Position numbers and translations under genes: made by a program. A stretch of 64,000 nt of DNA from assembly GCA_030704615.1 (NCBI GenBank), contig CM060732.1, forward strand, positions 82,026,001 through 82,090,000. The letters are read 5' to 3'. Below are positions 37,937 through 52,127 of this stretch, piece after piece. This stretch comes from Takakia lepidozioides (Eukaryota > Plantae > Bryophyta). Numbering within the stretch: position 1 is the stretch's first letter; the number at the start of each line of letters is the position of its first letter. The notes beneath the pieces are model-generated. The model had not been told where the DNA came from. It did not search any database and worked only from the letters and a program-made list of their open reading frames with translations.

Positions 37937-40900
37937 CTATGCCTTAAGCAACTCATTGTGTTCCCCAGGCGCTTCCTGGCTTCCTTCTCGGTAGGCGTTC
38001 TCAGCATCAATTATTCCCTGCAGAACATGTCACAAGCCATCTAAAACAATGCTGCTAGTTCAATTGTTCTCAAACAGCAAGAGGTTCAGACTAAAGAGAT
38101 TGCCAATTCTGTCTATCGAAGGCATAGAGTGGTGGCAGTGGGCCAGGTGACAAACATAAATATATGGAGAACCTGCAACTTTCCAGCCATGGAAAACATG
38201 TGCTCCTAAAAGAGTAACTGGAAACATTGAAGTCAGTATCTGCTTATGAGGCCACGGTGGGGATGACATATTCTTTCTTCAGACAGTCTCAAATCAATTC
38301 TCGCACCAAATATCTTCGAATCTCAGAAAACATGGGGAGACAAATGTGGTAAAACAGAAGAAAGGAACCAACCTGCAAGATGAGAACAGCAGCATGCTTG
38401 TGAATGACTTCATTGTATTCACTGCACGCCAAATACTGCAAAACTCACCACAGCGTCAACACTCACAATCAAGTAGTGCATACAAGCGAACTGATCACTA
38501 ATACAGTAATACCTGGATATTGCAAATGAAAAGCTTGTTAAAATGACCCCTACCTGAACACAACAGGGGCATCCAGTATCAGTAGTGCAATCACACGCTA
38601 CCACGAGCTCTAATGCAGCTTGCAGTAGCTCCGCAAACATTGGTCGAGCCTGTAATACCACAACTCCAGAAACTCAATGTAGATCACAGATTCTGAAGAA
38701 TTTAGTAACACTTAACAATTTCACGTCTTTTAAGTTCGTACCCACGTGATACGCTTTGCTGTCATACCAGCACGGTTGTCCAGTGCTGCACATTGAAGGT
38801 GAAGACAACCACCTGCTAGATGACTTTGGATACAGCTAGATTTAAGTTGATGTCCCCCATGATTGTTCCATAGCAACATAGAAAATCATAAATTCATATA
38901 CAAGTGTACATGACGACATCCCACCTGAGCAGCAATGCCGATGCCCCCTGGATGCCTATCAAAAACCAGCAGTCTTTCAGGGTAATAACGGGTGTCCTGT
39001 GGATGTGCGCATTCGGTGCCCAGGTCTGATGGGTTGCACATTATATACCTGTTACATGCAATTCACCAGAAACACACAATGACCTCATTCATACTACTAA
39101 CTGAGGAAACAAAAGAGCAGTTTCAGGGATGGAGTGAAAGGGGGTGGTGGAACGAGGAATGGAATTGACAAAACTTGACGAAAGGTGCACATATTTTACA
39201 GTGGCATGACGTTGAGAAGCGCATGTGATGCGGCATGGATGCCTTCCCGAACTGAAAGTGATTGTGCCTCCAGGCCCCCCCGTACATGGTGTGGTAATCG
39301 AATCCAGGCGGCCTGCAAGTATATCGGTTACACATTACTTGTGACCTTTATAGTAAAGACAGGTCTCACCCTCAACGACCCTTAAGCTGGTTGAAAGGAG
39401 TATTATAGACGCATGTTTCCATGACTACAAATAGAATCATGCATACGATTCCATAAGCATAGATTGCTTGCCACTCCAGGAAAATCCAGGCTTCGCAGGG
39501 TTGTGACAAGCTGTAGTTCGAAAGTTCGAATAATCTAGAGCAACTGATTCTCATATAGGTTGCTCAGTTCACCTTGGTGGAGGGGTAATTTGGCAGCATA
39601 GGAAGAACCTGAGATTCATATGACACATCAGGCAGGAAGAGATCAACAGAATCAAATGTCTCATTGGTTCCCTGCCAGATACGGCGGAATCCAATCCACC
39701 GTGTCGTCACTTTGCACATGCTGGCCTGCGCCGTTGTGGTTGGATACTTCATCTCTGGTACCTTTGCCGGATAGGCCTGCAGCCACAGCAACTCCATAAG
39801 AACAGTTTCATACATCACATATTCATCAAGTGCTATTGCAGCCTGACCTCCATTCCAATGTAAGCATGGGGAATGCAGAAACAGCCTGGGTATACCAGTT
39901 CACCACCCGTCACGTGGACATCAGTGAAGTCCCGGGTCTTGGTATAGTATTTGAGATCTGCTTCTTGACATAAAGCCACCTTCGCTGCCAGATCCAGAGT
40001 CCGCACCAGATATGTCTTACCCTGATGCATGTAAACTGCACCCTCATATACCTGCACAACAATTGTTGCATTACATCTTCAGATTATTCAGTCCTACAGA
40101 CTAGTGACTTGTTGTCTGTCCAGTACATAGGTGGCTGGCCCTGTGGAATGTGGGATTTTTAGAATACCACAGTTTTGATAGAAGGAATGTTGTTCCATGC
40201 ACAGACCATAGTAAATTAGCTTCATAAACACACTACAGATAAAAATAGCACTCAGACGAGGTGAAAGGGTATAATAAACACACACAGACCATGAACCTCT
40301 GTAGACACAAACGGGAGGTTGGCAGTACCTCAAAGAAGGCCTTGTTCCCCTCTACTTCCTCAATCACTTCATTGGTTGCTTGATTTATCACGGTATACTT
40401 TTCAGGATCTATAGCCCTTATACTCACTGCCTGTGATGGTGATTTCTGGAAACCACCAACAAATACACAATGAAAGGTCAACTATTTTCCTGATGAAACT
40501 AAAAACGAAACAGAGCCCTCAGTGGTGTTTATTAGCTCGAGTTGATCAGTCGTCAAATCACACCCAATACCATCAGCACATAATATACTAGAGTTTAGGA
40601 TTAATCTAGTGCAAGCATACAGAGAGCACATGCAATTACAACAGTACATGCAACCCATGATAACTTGCAAGCTGCATACCTCATGGCCAATATAGTGCCA
40701 CGACTTATCCTGTGGACCATTGCAAGGGTGCCGCCCAACTTGCCCCTGCTTCACCAGCTCAGATATGGCTGATTGCAGTCCTGATCCAAAATAGCACTCA
40801 TCATGTGTGACATGCAAAGGATGCTCAACTGCAGCACATGCCAGATGTTGCTCCACCACCTGTACAACAGAGATGTATGACTTTGGAACAATTGCCATTC

Positions 40901-43900
40901 CAAATTCCCTAACTAGATGCCATCATCAGCAAATTACAGGCATACTTGTTGACCTGTTGGGTGGACCCGGAATAGTGCTGAAGCGCAGCTGTTAAGAGTG
41001 AATGGTACACCTAAAATAGGAAAAGGACATACTTGTTGATTACAGGCATCCACTTGGGCATGCTCAATAGACCGATTGAACAACCTCTGGGGTTCTTTCA
41101 TAAAATGCTGATCAAGTGGGCCACCAAAAGCCACATAAATGGAGATCGATGCCTTTCCCCTCCTGCCTGCTCTCCCTGACTGCTGCCACAAGCTGTTACT
41201 TTTATCTGTTAGATGCCATTGCTCGAATAACACAAGATTTTCAGAGCCCATCGCCTCTCTAAAGAACCATGCTTAAGATACGATCACGTAGAGGCTTAAG
41301 AATCTTCGAGTGTATCTTCATATGACAGAAGTAGGCAGAGGAAAGTTTTAGAAGATGGTGCAGCAACGTTGGATAAGCCTTACCTGGTTACGGAACCAGG
41401 GAAGCCCAGGTGCAATGTGGCATCCAGACTGCCCACATCCACGCCCAGCTCCAATGCATTAGTGGCAGCTACTCCTCGCAGCCTCCCTCCAAACAAATCG
41501 CTTTCAATGCTCCTTCGATCCTGGTCCCTTGCATAGCACATTGTTTCCATGTGAGTGACAACAGCCCCTATTCCGTTACTGCAGCCCACTCCCAACAGAA
41601 ACAGAAGAAACTTCACATATTGCTGTCTGTACGAGAGTAACCATCACTTAGCAACTACAGCGTGCAGTAATGGCATGTAGGGACAGGGGGGTCCCATGCA
41701 TCCAACACCCATATAACTGCCAGTGACAATGCACAACTCCTAGTTGGGTAAATTTTGATGGCAACAATTTACATCTCTTAAGAACACAGGAGAGCTAGCT
41801 GTGGAAATTGACCTCTTCCTGCACATGGCAATGATGCATAGTCTGCACAAACTGGCCCTCTTGGAGAAAATTATAGGGTTTGAGTCCATCGGGGTACATG
41901 GACATCAGCCCAAGATAGAATACTGTGCCCATTATATGGAATCCGATCTGTTAGAAGGGCATACACGAACACATGTGGTTCCTCTCCAGCATTCTCCTAT
42001 ATTCCTCTACCATCCAACAGATGTCACATGCTGTGATTTCACTGCCAGTTATGCAGTTGTGAAAGGCCAGAGACATAGCGAGGGATCGCAAGACAGAGGA
42101 GCGGGGAAGAGAGACCAACGTGTGCGGTATAGCCTGCTCGGTATGCACGTACTGTGTCAAGCAGAGCAGGAGCAGTCTCTTTCAAAATTTCACGTCTGTT
42201 GTCAAAAATCAATGTTATGAATGTAACAAATCAGTGAATCGACGTGTTGATTACCACAGAACTAGTAATTTACTGACCTGTATTGAAACCTCATCATGTA
42301 GTAACCATGCATCCCTATCCAATAATAATCCATCTATGACTCTCTCTTGCCACATGTCCATGCCCACATTCAGCCTGCTGCTCTGCATGCTACTACATTT
42401 CCTCACAATAAGGTACAGCAGTACGGCAGTAAAGTGAAGTACTTGCTGTGACTGAAAGAATTTAGACAGAGACTGGGAACCATACGTGTAGTTGTGGACC
42501 AGTTCACACAGTTTCCGAGTATTGCAGAAGGCAATGCACCGAAGCCCATGTTGCACCATCTCAGCCAGCAGTGATGCCACCTCCACTATTGGGCTGCATG
42601 TATCCTCACAAAATGACATCTTATGGAAAACAGAAGTGAAAAAGGAGAGGACAAAACCTTGTTTAACTAACACTATAGGACATGCAGATCATACAGCTTA
42701 CATCCTGATTAAATGGTTTTCAAGGCATCCATAGTTGCCAATTACTTTAGAAGCAAAAGGAGAGCACGAAACCTTGTTTAACTAACACTATAGGACATGC
42801 AGATCATACAGCTTACATCCTGGTTAAATGGTTTTCAAGGCATCCATAGTTGCCAATTACTTTAGAAGCAGAATGTGTTGTATAGTCTGGTACTTTCAAA
42901 TGGCTTACAAAATAAATCAGTGCTCACAGTGGATTCAATCCACCGGGAAACCACAGTACCTTGTACAACTCCCTTGATGGGCTTATGGCTCTTCTGAAGT
43001 CTGCACAGATTGAGCTGGACTTACATTGCTCTCCACCAACATTCACCAATGGCATTGACAAAACACAGAAAGGCTTTGAAGGTTATCAAGAAGAGATCCA
43101 ATTATGTGTCATGGCAAGTGACCTGCCAGTTTTCAATCCCCACTGCAAATTCCCACAAGGAGACAAAAGGAAATGAGTTACTGTTCTGGAATCTTCCCCT
43201 TTTATGACATTGGCTATAGTAATTTATACATATATACCTGGCACGTTTCATTTGGACTTGAGGATCCGGTACATGGTCCAACTTGGCTGATGGCTTGGCA
43301 TATTTGTTCTTTCTCCTTGCTGATTGCGGCTGCAATAACACAGCACCAAAACAGCATGCAAGGGTTATAGTATAACAATGCATTCACACCCTGCAAACCA
43401 AGGAAAAAAATAGCCATACATTTCAGAATGACACTTCTTGTGAAACCCACTATCATACCTTTGAGCTAAGGACTTCCAACATTAAGGGCAGAGAAATAGA
43501 TCCAACTATACCATCCACATTCCACCGTGCCCAACTGAGAACCAATGCAAGAGTGTGCATAGCCTTACTACAATAAGCAGTAGAAACTGCAAACTAACCA
43601 GTAAGAACATGACTGCTGAACTCGGACTACGGAACCTGGAACTTTAAACACACATACTAGATTTTGAGGCCTACCGGCTTAAAGACAATGGGAGGGTTCC
43701 AAAATACAAAGCATTTTTCTCCACACGGGCTGCCATCTTCTTCCACCACCTGCAATTCCCTTAGGCCTAGGAGTTCCTGGTCAATCATAAAACAGGTTGG
43801 TGTAAGGCCTGTTCAAATCTCGTCCTAGCGCCAGCTTTAGTTCTGTTTCTACCGTAAACACAAACCTCATTTTTGTCTTCTGTATAAACTGAAAAGTCAA

Positions 43901-46900
43901 AGTGGTGGCACTATTTACTAGATGCATTCATGCAGATGCTGAACGTCCAACTGTGTTGTGGGACATGCACTGTGCACAATCCATTTTGTCAGGTTTCCGT
44001 GGCCTCAGTAAAAGCAACATGATCCGGTCGAAAGGTTTAGCCGGTGTTAGGGATCGAAAGAACAAAGGAACTTTATACTGTCCGCAGGAAGTTCAAGAAG
44101 CTTATGGGACGTGGGAAAAGGCAAAACAGACAGAAAAGTAGGGTCACCAACAAACAGCCACCACAACCAGAAAAATACGGTTCAACTTTGATCAAAGAAG
44201 CTTGGGAGAGAGGGCCAGCAAAGAGAAACAGAAATGAAATGAAATGGTGCTTTATAAAGAGAAACAGACAAAAGCAGAAAGAATACCATGGCATGCTCAC
44301 GGGGATTGGCCACTGTAGCACTGCATGCAATAAATGAAGGTTTGCTCCCATACACTGCAGCCAACGATTGATGTCTCATAAAGCCAGAACTTTTCTGTTT
44401 GCTCAATCCACTTGAATGGACTGGTCACTAGTTTCTTAACCGTACTACCTAAAACCAATAATCAGACATCCTGCGGATAACCTCTCTATGGACAAACACT
44501 CTCATAAAGTAGCTCCAGATGTATGGTACTTGGAACTACCTGCGTGGCATTGTCAGGGTAGAAAACATGGGCTTCAAATCCGGTGAGACCCACACAATTA
44601 TATCTGCACCTCATCTTGGTCGAAATCAAGATGACACCTCAACTATATCTAAACAGATGTTTATTTTATTTCAGAGATGCAATAAGGACCCGGCCTGGTT
44701 TAGTGGATTTAGAGAAAGCATACAGTGTTCGCAGAGCCTTCTTAAGCGGCGTAGTATAAGAGCAGTGTGACAGCCAAATACGCCCCGATATGCATGCGCC
44801 TCATCCACCACCACAAACCTATAAAATCCACTTTATTTATTACACTATGCAACAAATATGAAAACATCATTTGGCCTATATCTCCAAATGCATACTCTCT
44901 CAAAAGGGTCTAGTGATCATTGTGGGCTGTATTATGCATACCGAGGGACAACCAGGTTATAAAGAAAAGACCTGGGTACTTGATTTGAATCAGATCCAAA
45001 GAAGCACTCCCCTAAACATGTAAGGAGGGACAAGCTGTGGTTGCTTCCTTTTACTTTAGGTTCATCTAAAGGCTTTTGCCGTCCACTGTTAGATTCACTT
45101 CATCATGTCAGTAACAATATAAGTAATATCTGGCACCACATCTTGGAGAAATGAGGACAGGTCAAGTTTGAACACCTAAGGTGCGAGAAAAACCGCTCAA
45201 ATTGACGATGAGATGGCATGATGGAGACATGAAGCATGTCTGGATTTGTGATCAGCTGCACATGCATAACCAACATGTGTTCAGACACTCACAATAAATC
45301 CTTCCAAAAAACAAGAAAATAAAGACAAAAACCCTCAACACTGGAATTCACCTCCACGGAATGGATGATACATCAGCAATACAAGATAAACAATCATGCT
45401 CACAGGCATGATGCCTTCAGGTAAAAGTTGTACCAGCCGGGCAGACTCCCGAAACTGGAGGCGCAGATGTTGGGGAGTGTCGCCATCATACACACCCATG
45501 CCCACTTGTGTTCCGGTCTTCCCCATCAGCTCCTGCAGCACCCGCAGTTGGTCTTGTGCTAAAGCCTGTGACAAAATTCACAACCCTGTCTGTAACTATT
45601 GCTGACTGACAGCAACCAGTCTCCTAAAACAGCCAGGCACCCAGTTAGGCAGTTACCTTCAGAGACAAGGCACAGCAGGACAAAATGCTCCTCAGAAATT
45701 GCTTCTCATGGACCACACATCAGAGGATTTTTTATTTGCCACATACATGCTGCAATATGCAGGTTCAACTGCGAGGCCCTGAGGGTGCTCCCTTGCACCA
45801 TTGGTTAGATGACTTTGCCTCAGTGATTTCAGAAAAATAGTTTGCAACTTGTTGGACTTAGCAAGTCCACATGCACAGAAGCTTCTAGTTTAAACATCAG
45901 TGAATGTGCGCATGCAAGACTGCAAGACATGTAAGAAGTTGAGAACTAGCTGAAGAACCATAGAAGTGATGTACCTTGGTTGGAAACAAGTAAAGTGCAC
46001 ATGCATTTAGATTGTGGGTCAGCTCCTCCAAGACAGGCACATTGTAACACAATGATTTTCCACTAGCAGTGGATGTCGCCACCGCAACATTCTGCCCCTT
46101 CATAACTGCATTAATTGCTTTGGCCTGCATTTCACTCATTATTAGAAGTTCTTTAGTATAGGATGAACAGAAAAAACGTAAGAGGATACCCTTTAGCTTG
46201 GTGACGGAGCGGAACCCAGCACTGTTCATACACCCCCTTGACCTTTATGGATTGATGTCTGCCACTGGTAAGGGCCCCAAATTGAGTAATATGACAGCCC
46301 TACAAATATAACTTTGGACAACCATTGTGTCTTTTCCCTAAGTCAAAATCCCTAGTCTTCATACCAGCTACAATAAGATGCAAGAGGAGCACTTGCAGCT
46401 GCTTGTCCACAGGAAAATTGGCTTCAATCACATAGACAACAGTTTGGATGACAACAAATTGCATAGGGAAAGGATTGCTTCCTACTAACCTGGTGAGAGT
46501 ACATGCTTGAAATACCCAAGCGCTTAAGTGCAGCCTGTGTGGAAGTTGACAAGCCTGAGTCCAGCTGCCCGAAAGACGCCTCCCTCTTTTTTAAGTACTC
46601 AAAGTGCACTATCTGCAAGGTACAATGCAGAGTAGGCCAAGTTCTGAGAAGATCTAGACCCTGCAGTTCTGTCTGCAGAAACGCTCACGTGATGAATGAG
46701 AAAAGTAAGAATAGGATTCCAGTAGGGGACTAATCGCATTAAAGTGCCTACAATGATGAAAATGAACATTATCATTAGCTGAGGGAAGTTGCTCGGATAG
46801 AGATAAAGAACATTCAGATAGATAACCCCTACTCAAACAATGGTGTATAGGTTTTATTACCAAGTTTCACAGGAACACAATGGCACAGTCCTGCAGATCC

Positions 46901-49900
46901 CCAAAATGTACAAGAGGTATGTGTAAAATCCCAGTCAATACTCGTCCAACTGGGTTTGCAATTGGCAACCAGTTATCAACGCTTTGTTGGACATGTTTGC
47001 CCAAGCCCTAAACGTCTGACCCCTCTGCTCTGAAGCCACTTCAAGAGTGTTGATCGAGTTGGTTTTACTCGAGTCAAGCATGATCCAGTTTATACAGGTA
47101 GTAGCTATCAATTGAGAATGGGTCGTGAATCTAGACAGTACAAGGGTTGTTTGGCACAGATGATGCAACACCTGCCCAAGTGATCCCAGACCTTCCTTTA
47201 GGTGGTTTAACATCTCCGGGGCGTCCATAGGTGATACATCCTACCCTTGCCACCCCATGCAGCAAGGAAATAGAGTTGCTGTCAGTTGCCTTCAAATCCC
47301 TGCAATCTCCTTTGCAGAAAAGTTGGACCTTTGCTTCAATGCAAAAGAATAACAGGATTCCTGCTTTAGAAAACATGGTTTTATCCATCAACAGAAAAAA
47401 GACATTTTGCAGAGAAGCCTCCAGTTCAAAAGATAAACCACTCTGTAGCATCCCATCGAGGTGCACAGCAGCATCTGTGAAGTTCATACATCAAAAGTTG
47501 GAAAATTTAAACTAGGAAAAGAGTTCATGATGATTTTTCCCTCCAGTAACATACAACAACTAGACACACACAACACTCACCATGCAGCGAGCCAGTTTCT
47601 TATGATGCCGGGGTGGCCTTGGCAGAGCTGAAGGTAGGCCAGGCTTTGGGAACACTCCCACAGCCTCCAGTCCTATGTCCTTTGCCGCAGTCAGCACTTC
47701 GTCTATGCTCATGTTGTACAAATCCAGCTTCTGGTGAGGAAGCGACTGCAGCATGTTCACATTTAGGAAATGGAACTGATTACTGACACAATTGCAAGCA
47801 TCTCACAAGAAAACACTCCACATCATGCATACCGAGTATTACTGACTATCTGACCGCCTTTCATGCTAATTGAACCTCAGCTAAGGGCGTGAGAAACAAG
47901 GCTCCACATATCATAGAATGATGAAACCATTAACAAGAGGAATAGAATGAGTGAAGAAGAAAGTTGAAAGGTGGCAAAGGAGAAAAGGAACAAGTCAGAC
48001 CTGCAGTTGTTGGAACACCAGGTGAAGTACCGCCTGAAATTCCTTCAGCCGCCTCTCAATTGCGTTGCGCATTGATTTATCAGAGGCTCGTTTTCCAGCT
48101 GCTAACGTATAGAGCGCTTCGGTTTCAGACAAAAACACGACAACTTGGGACAAGATGAGGATAAAAATAAAACATATCCGGTTTCCACTAGAATGCATTG
48201 ACATTCTTCATGAACACAATAGGAAGGCCAGAGATTACCCGAGCTAGGCAGGAAATCTGAAGGTCCAATCTCCTGCAGCTGGTGAACAGGCAAACCCACA
48301 TTCCCAGAAGCTGGTTCGTTGATCTTAGAAGGGTCGAATAGATCTATGTTGAATGAAGCCTCCTCTCCTTCTTCGGACATATTACTCAACACCACCAACT
48401 TTTTTTCATGGTATCAATACCAAACAATTTGTCAAACTGGCAAACAGAGCTAGTTTGAAACAAAGCACAAAGAACATGTACTTATCCTAAAAGCTGCACC
48501 CCATGTAGCAGAGACATTGGGTACATTTATGAGCAAGGAGGCTTATTAACACATGGAACATTAAAAATGGGCCTTATTTTCTTGATGCATTGTAGGACTC
48601 TACCCGTAGCTTCCTTTACATAACGCCCACACCATCAGCTTTGCCCCAGAGGTTACGAAAAGTGTCCCTGCAGGAGATTTTAGGTTATCCTATCAATGAG
48701 CACTTGGAGCCAAACCAGACAGAAAAAGATCTTCTTTACAAAAGTGAGAAAACCAGCTCAGAGTTGAACTGGCACCAACTGGAGGGAATTTCTGATTGCT
48801 TTGATACTGGAAAACAAATGCTAATTTTGAAAGCAGAACCAAGCAGAAATAAGTTCACAGAGAAAAATCATTCTACATGAAAATCTCACTCACCTTTGGG
48901 CAAAGAGTGGCGAGATTCTCAATGTCGTGTACAGAGATTGCCTCTTCCCCTTCCTGACAGCAAAGCTCCTGCAGTGATTGCTTCACATTTAGCCAGGTAG
49001 CCTGCATGTGCTGCCTTTGGAGAAACCCATGGATCGTATTGAGAACTGTGAAAACCTGCCTCAGCCTTTCCAGTACCTGGGGAAGCAAGGTCCCTTGTTG
49101 CTCCCATCTTTCATCCTTGGAATTGGCAATGCCTCTCTTTCTGGCCTTTCCGGGCCTGGATATGCCTTCATCATCATAACTACTGTCTGGCGGGAAAGTA
49201 ACAGCTGGCTCTGTGAAATGTCCTTCCTCACTCACACTGTTTTCTCTCGGCTCTGTAACTTCCACACTCTTTCCCCCAGCTTCTTCGGCAGTCAGTTTTG
49301 TGGATACATTACTGGCTCTACTTTGTCCTTTTCCTTGATCACTCAGTGTGCTCTCTGCAGTTACAAGGGTGTCTCCCATTGAAGGAGGCTGCGATGTGGC
49401 ACTGCTCAGCATCTCTATCTCTGTCACTGGAGTATCCAGTGCGGGGGAATGGAAAGTGGCCAGGTCTGCAGCAAGGGCATGCCACAGCACTTCAGAGGCA
49501 CTCTTAATTGGGCGACCTTTATGGTCTATCCCAGGCACCTCTGGATTTGCAGAAAGCCCATCACTGGGCTTCATAGTGGCTCGGCCACCACCATCAGTGT
49601 TCTCCGGATCATTGAAAGGATTTTGTGAGGGTGGCATATCTGATACCTCATGATTTAGTCCAACTGCTTCTTGTCCCTTCACGGAAGTCAGTCCATGCTG
49701 GACCATTGAATTGATGAGCAAGTCACGTTTTTGAGGCCCTCTGTTATTTTCATGGGCCAAAGGTGGGGTGAAAAGTTGCGACTTGCCAGCTTTTTTCTTG
49801 GTGAATGGTATAAGAACCAAGAACTCTCCTTCATGCAGCGAGAGTGATTTAATTGGGGTGGTGGCATCAAGTTTGACTCCCTGTATCAAACAGATTGGGA

Positions 49901-50558
49901 ATTAAGAACATAATTCGAGTGCAAACAAAAACAAAGTCTGAAAGAGAGCTAAACATGCCCCCTATTACAATCATCACAAGCATCCATCCACTGAGGGTTT
50001 TTCAACCTCTCACACTGCACATAATTCGCCTCTCTGTTGGGCTTGCTGGCGAAATAAGGATCCTATTCAACTTGGGACATTAAACACCTGAACAATGGAA
50101 GCCAGCAAGAAGCAATACAGCAAACAATGATAAAACTGGCTTTGTACGTATTGTACCCATGTCATCTATACCCAAATGAGTATTTACATCTCTCCTCCAG
50201 CATGCAGCCCTTATCACAGGCATCGGTATTGATTGGACTGCGAGCTGGAGGAAAAAATTGTAACCCACATTCTTCTTGGACCCATTTTCTCCAGTAATTG
50301 GCGAGCTTCACTACAATCAAGCAACTTGTTAAGCGGTCTCAATGCGTCTACCAGATGAAGCAAAGTAAAACTCACTTTTAGAAACAGATGAAACTGGTGA
50401 GGAGCGGTAGAAGTGCCAGAGCTGACTAAAGTTACGGGCCAGCCCAAATGCTGCAATTGCAGCTTGATATCGCCAACGGTATGCTGTGCAGGCAGTGTCA
50501 CTTGCAGCTCTTGCCCATCTAGCGAACGCACGCACACAGCCACCTGCTCCTCTACCAT
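37937..50558 (-). CDS. HRQ1: HRQ1 RecQ4-like DEAH helicase (N-terminal ubiquitin-like domain, SF2 helicase, C-terminal DUF1998/MrfA Zn domain), about 27 exons
   Basis: Exons encode VRSLDGQ (Ubl), [95 protein letters not shown] and [13 protein letters not shown]. Last exon is 38017-37937. The start ATG at 50558 is inferred. Confidence 0.93.
42640..42870. repeat. Near-perfect 115-bp tandem duplication in an HRQ1 intron
   Basis: AAGGAGAG...AAACCTTGTTTAACTAACACTATAGG...TTTAGAAGCA occurs at about 42642 and about 42757. Confidence 0.9.
44233..44255 (-). mobile_element. 23-bp 3' end of a second retroposon family with (CATTT)n tail
   Basis: Minus strand reads ATAAAGCACCATTTCATTTCATT, flanked by a 13-bp TSD AAAGAGAAACAGA (44220-44232, 44256-44268). 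Related ends lie at about 33084-33110 and about 63805-63846. Confidence 0.65.
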
Positions 50559-52127
50559 GCCCCAATCTGTACTACTCGCTTCCGGAGGAGTGGAAATTGT
50601 CCACCAAAAATCTCTAGAGCCGTCCACCACTTAGTATTAAAACCCAGGTGTTCTTCTTCCTTCAAACTCAACTGCCCAAGTGCTTGAAAGCCTACTGTTT
50701 GCATTGGACTACATATCCTGGGTAAAGATTCAGACGCGATTCCCAAATCCTGGAGAGGTGTGTATTCGACAAAGCCCGGGGATATAATCCCCGCCAACCC
50801 AGGAATCTTATTCCCGAGGGAGACAGAATAACAGCATAGAGAGAAGGAATCTTTGGATGGGGATTTGGGATATCCTTCAGGGGGTTCTCAGTTAGACAGG
50901 CAGTTTGAGGTATGATGGATTCTGGACGAATGTTCACTGTTTGTAGGTGAAAGGCTCGAGGGAAGAAGCATGCGTTCTAATTATATGCTTCTCGAGGGCA
51001 GAGGTGAGGAACGCTCTTGTTGATCACAGTGCAGCCAATGTCAGGACATGAGCGGGAGATTCTTGAGAGGGGAGCATGCAATTCATGGGATCGAGTATCA
51101 AAGAAAAATGGTTCTCTTGCTTGAGAGATAATATCTAGATTAGTGCAGAAGCAATTGTAGGGGAGAAGGAAGGGCGATTTGGGTCATGAGGTACCAAGGG
51201 CGGCGCACAAGGCTGAGGAGGATTGCCTGTTTCTCTACTCTTTAACCCCTCAACCCCCGCCCAGAAAAAACCGTGTACATAATTTCTGGATGAACGTGAA
51301 TCTGGACATTTTGACCGGACAATATGGAGCCATCTACCCCTGGCAGGCCCTGCCCAACTTTGGGGCCAATTGGATAAGTCCTGCAAAAATTGGAAGGGGG
51401 GCCCAATTTTGGGGATTTTCCAAAAACAGATTTTAAGAAACTGGATTTTCTGGATTTTGCATTTCGGGATGGCATTGGTTGGGACTGTTGTACCCCAAAA
51501 GTTGATCCCCACGTCCCCCTTGTTCCAATAAGCCCGAGATGACCAAAATTGGAGCCCATTACAAGAGCGAGCACTTGGTCAAAGGAAGGAGAGGGGGTAC
51601 TCACTTGAAGGCCATGCACATGTTTACTGTTTTCCAGCAACTGAACTCTTTCTCCTTTTTAACCACACCTATATATGAAATACATGGGTGGGATTTGGAC
51701 CCACTATATTGCTCCCTTGGTAGCTTCAGTGCAGCTAACAAACTAACAAGTGTTAAATCCTGCCCATCATGCGAATTCTGAAATAAACACATATTGATAC
51801 TCATGACTCTCTATCAAAATGTAGCAAACTACATACAAGTGGAGAAATTGTTGTCATTCTATCATGTGTTGAAGTTTTCACCTGGCAGACCACAGCAAAA
51901 CAACTTAGGCATATTAGTCAGCAAACAACCAACTTACCAGTAAGAAGTACCCACCCATTCCGGCCAGAACTCCAGTCATACCCCTAATTTCTATCCAAGC
52001 GACTCTCTATCCAACCCCAACTCTGTTCAAGCGACTCACTGGCTTAGGACCCTCAAAGCCAATAAGAGCATGAAGCAACGAATACCTCAGCAAACCACAG
52101 TATTCAAACACACATAGCAGTGCAGGT

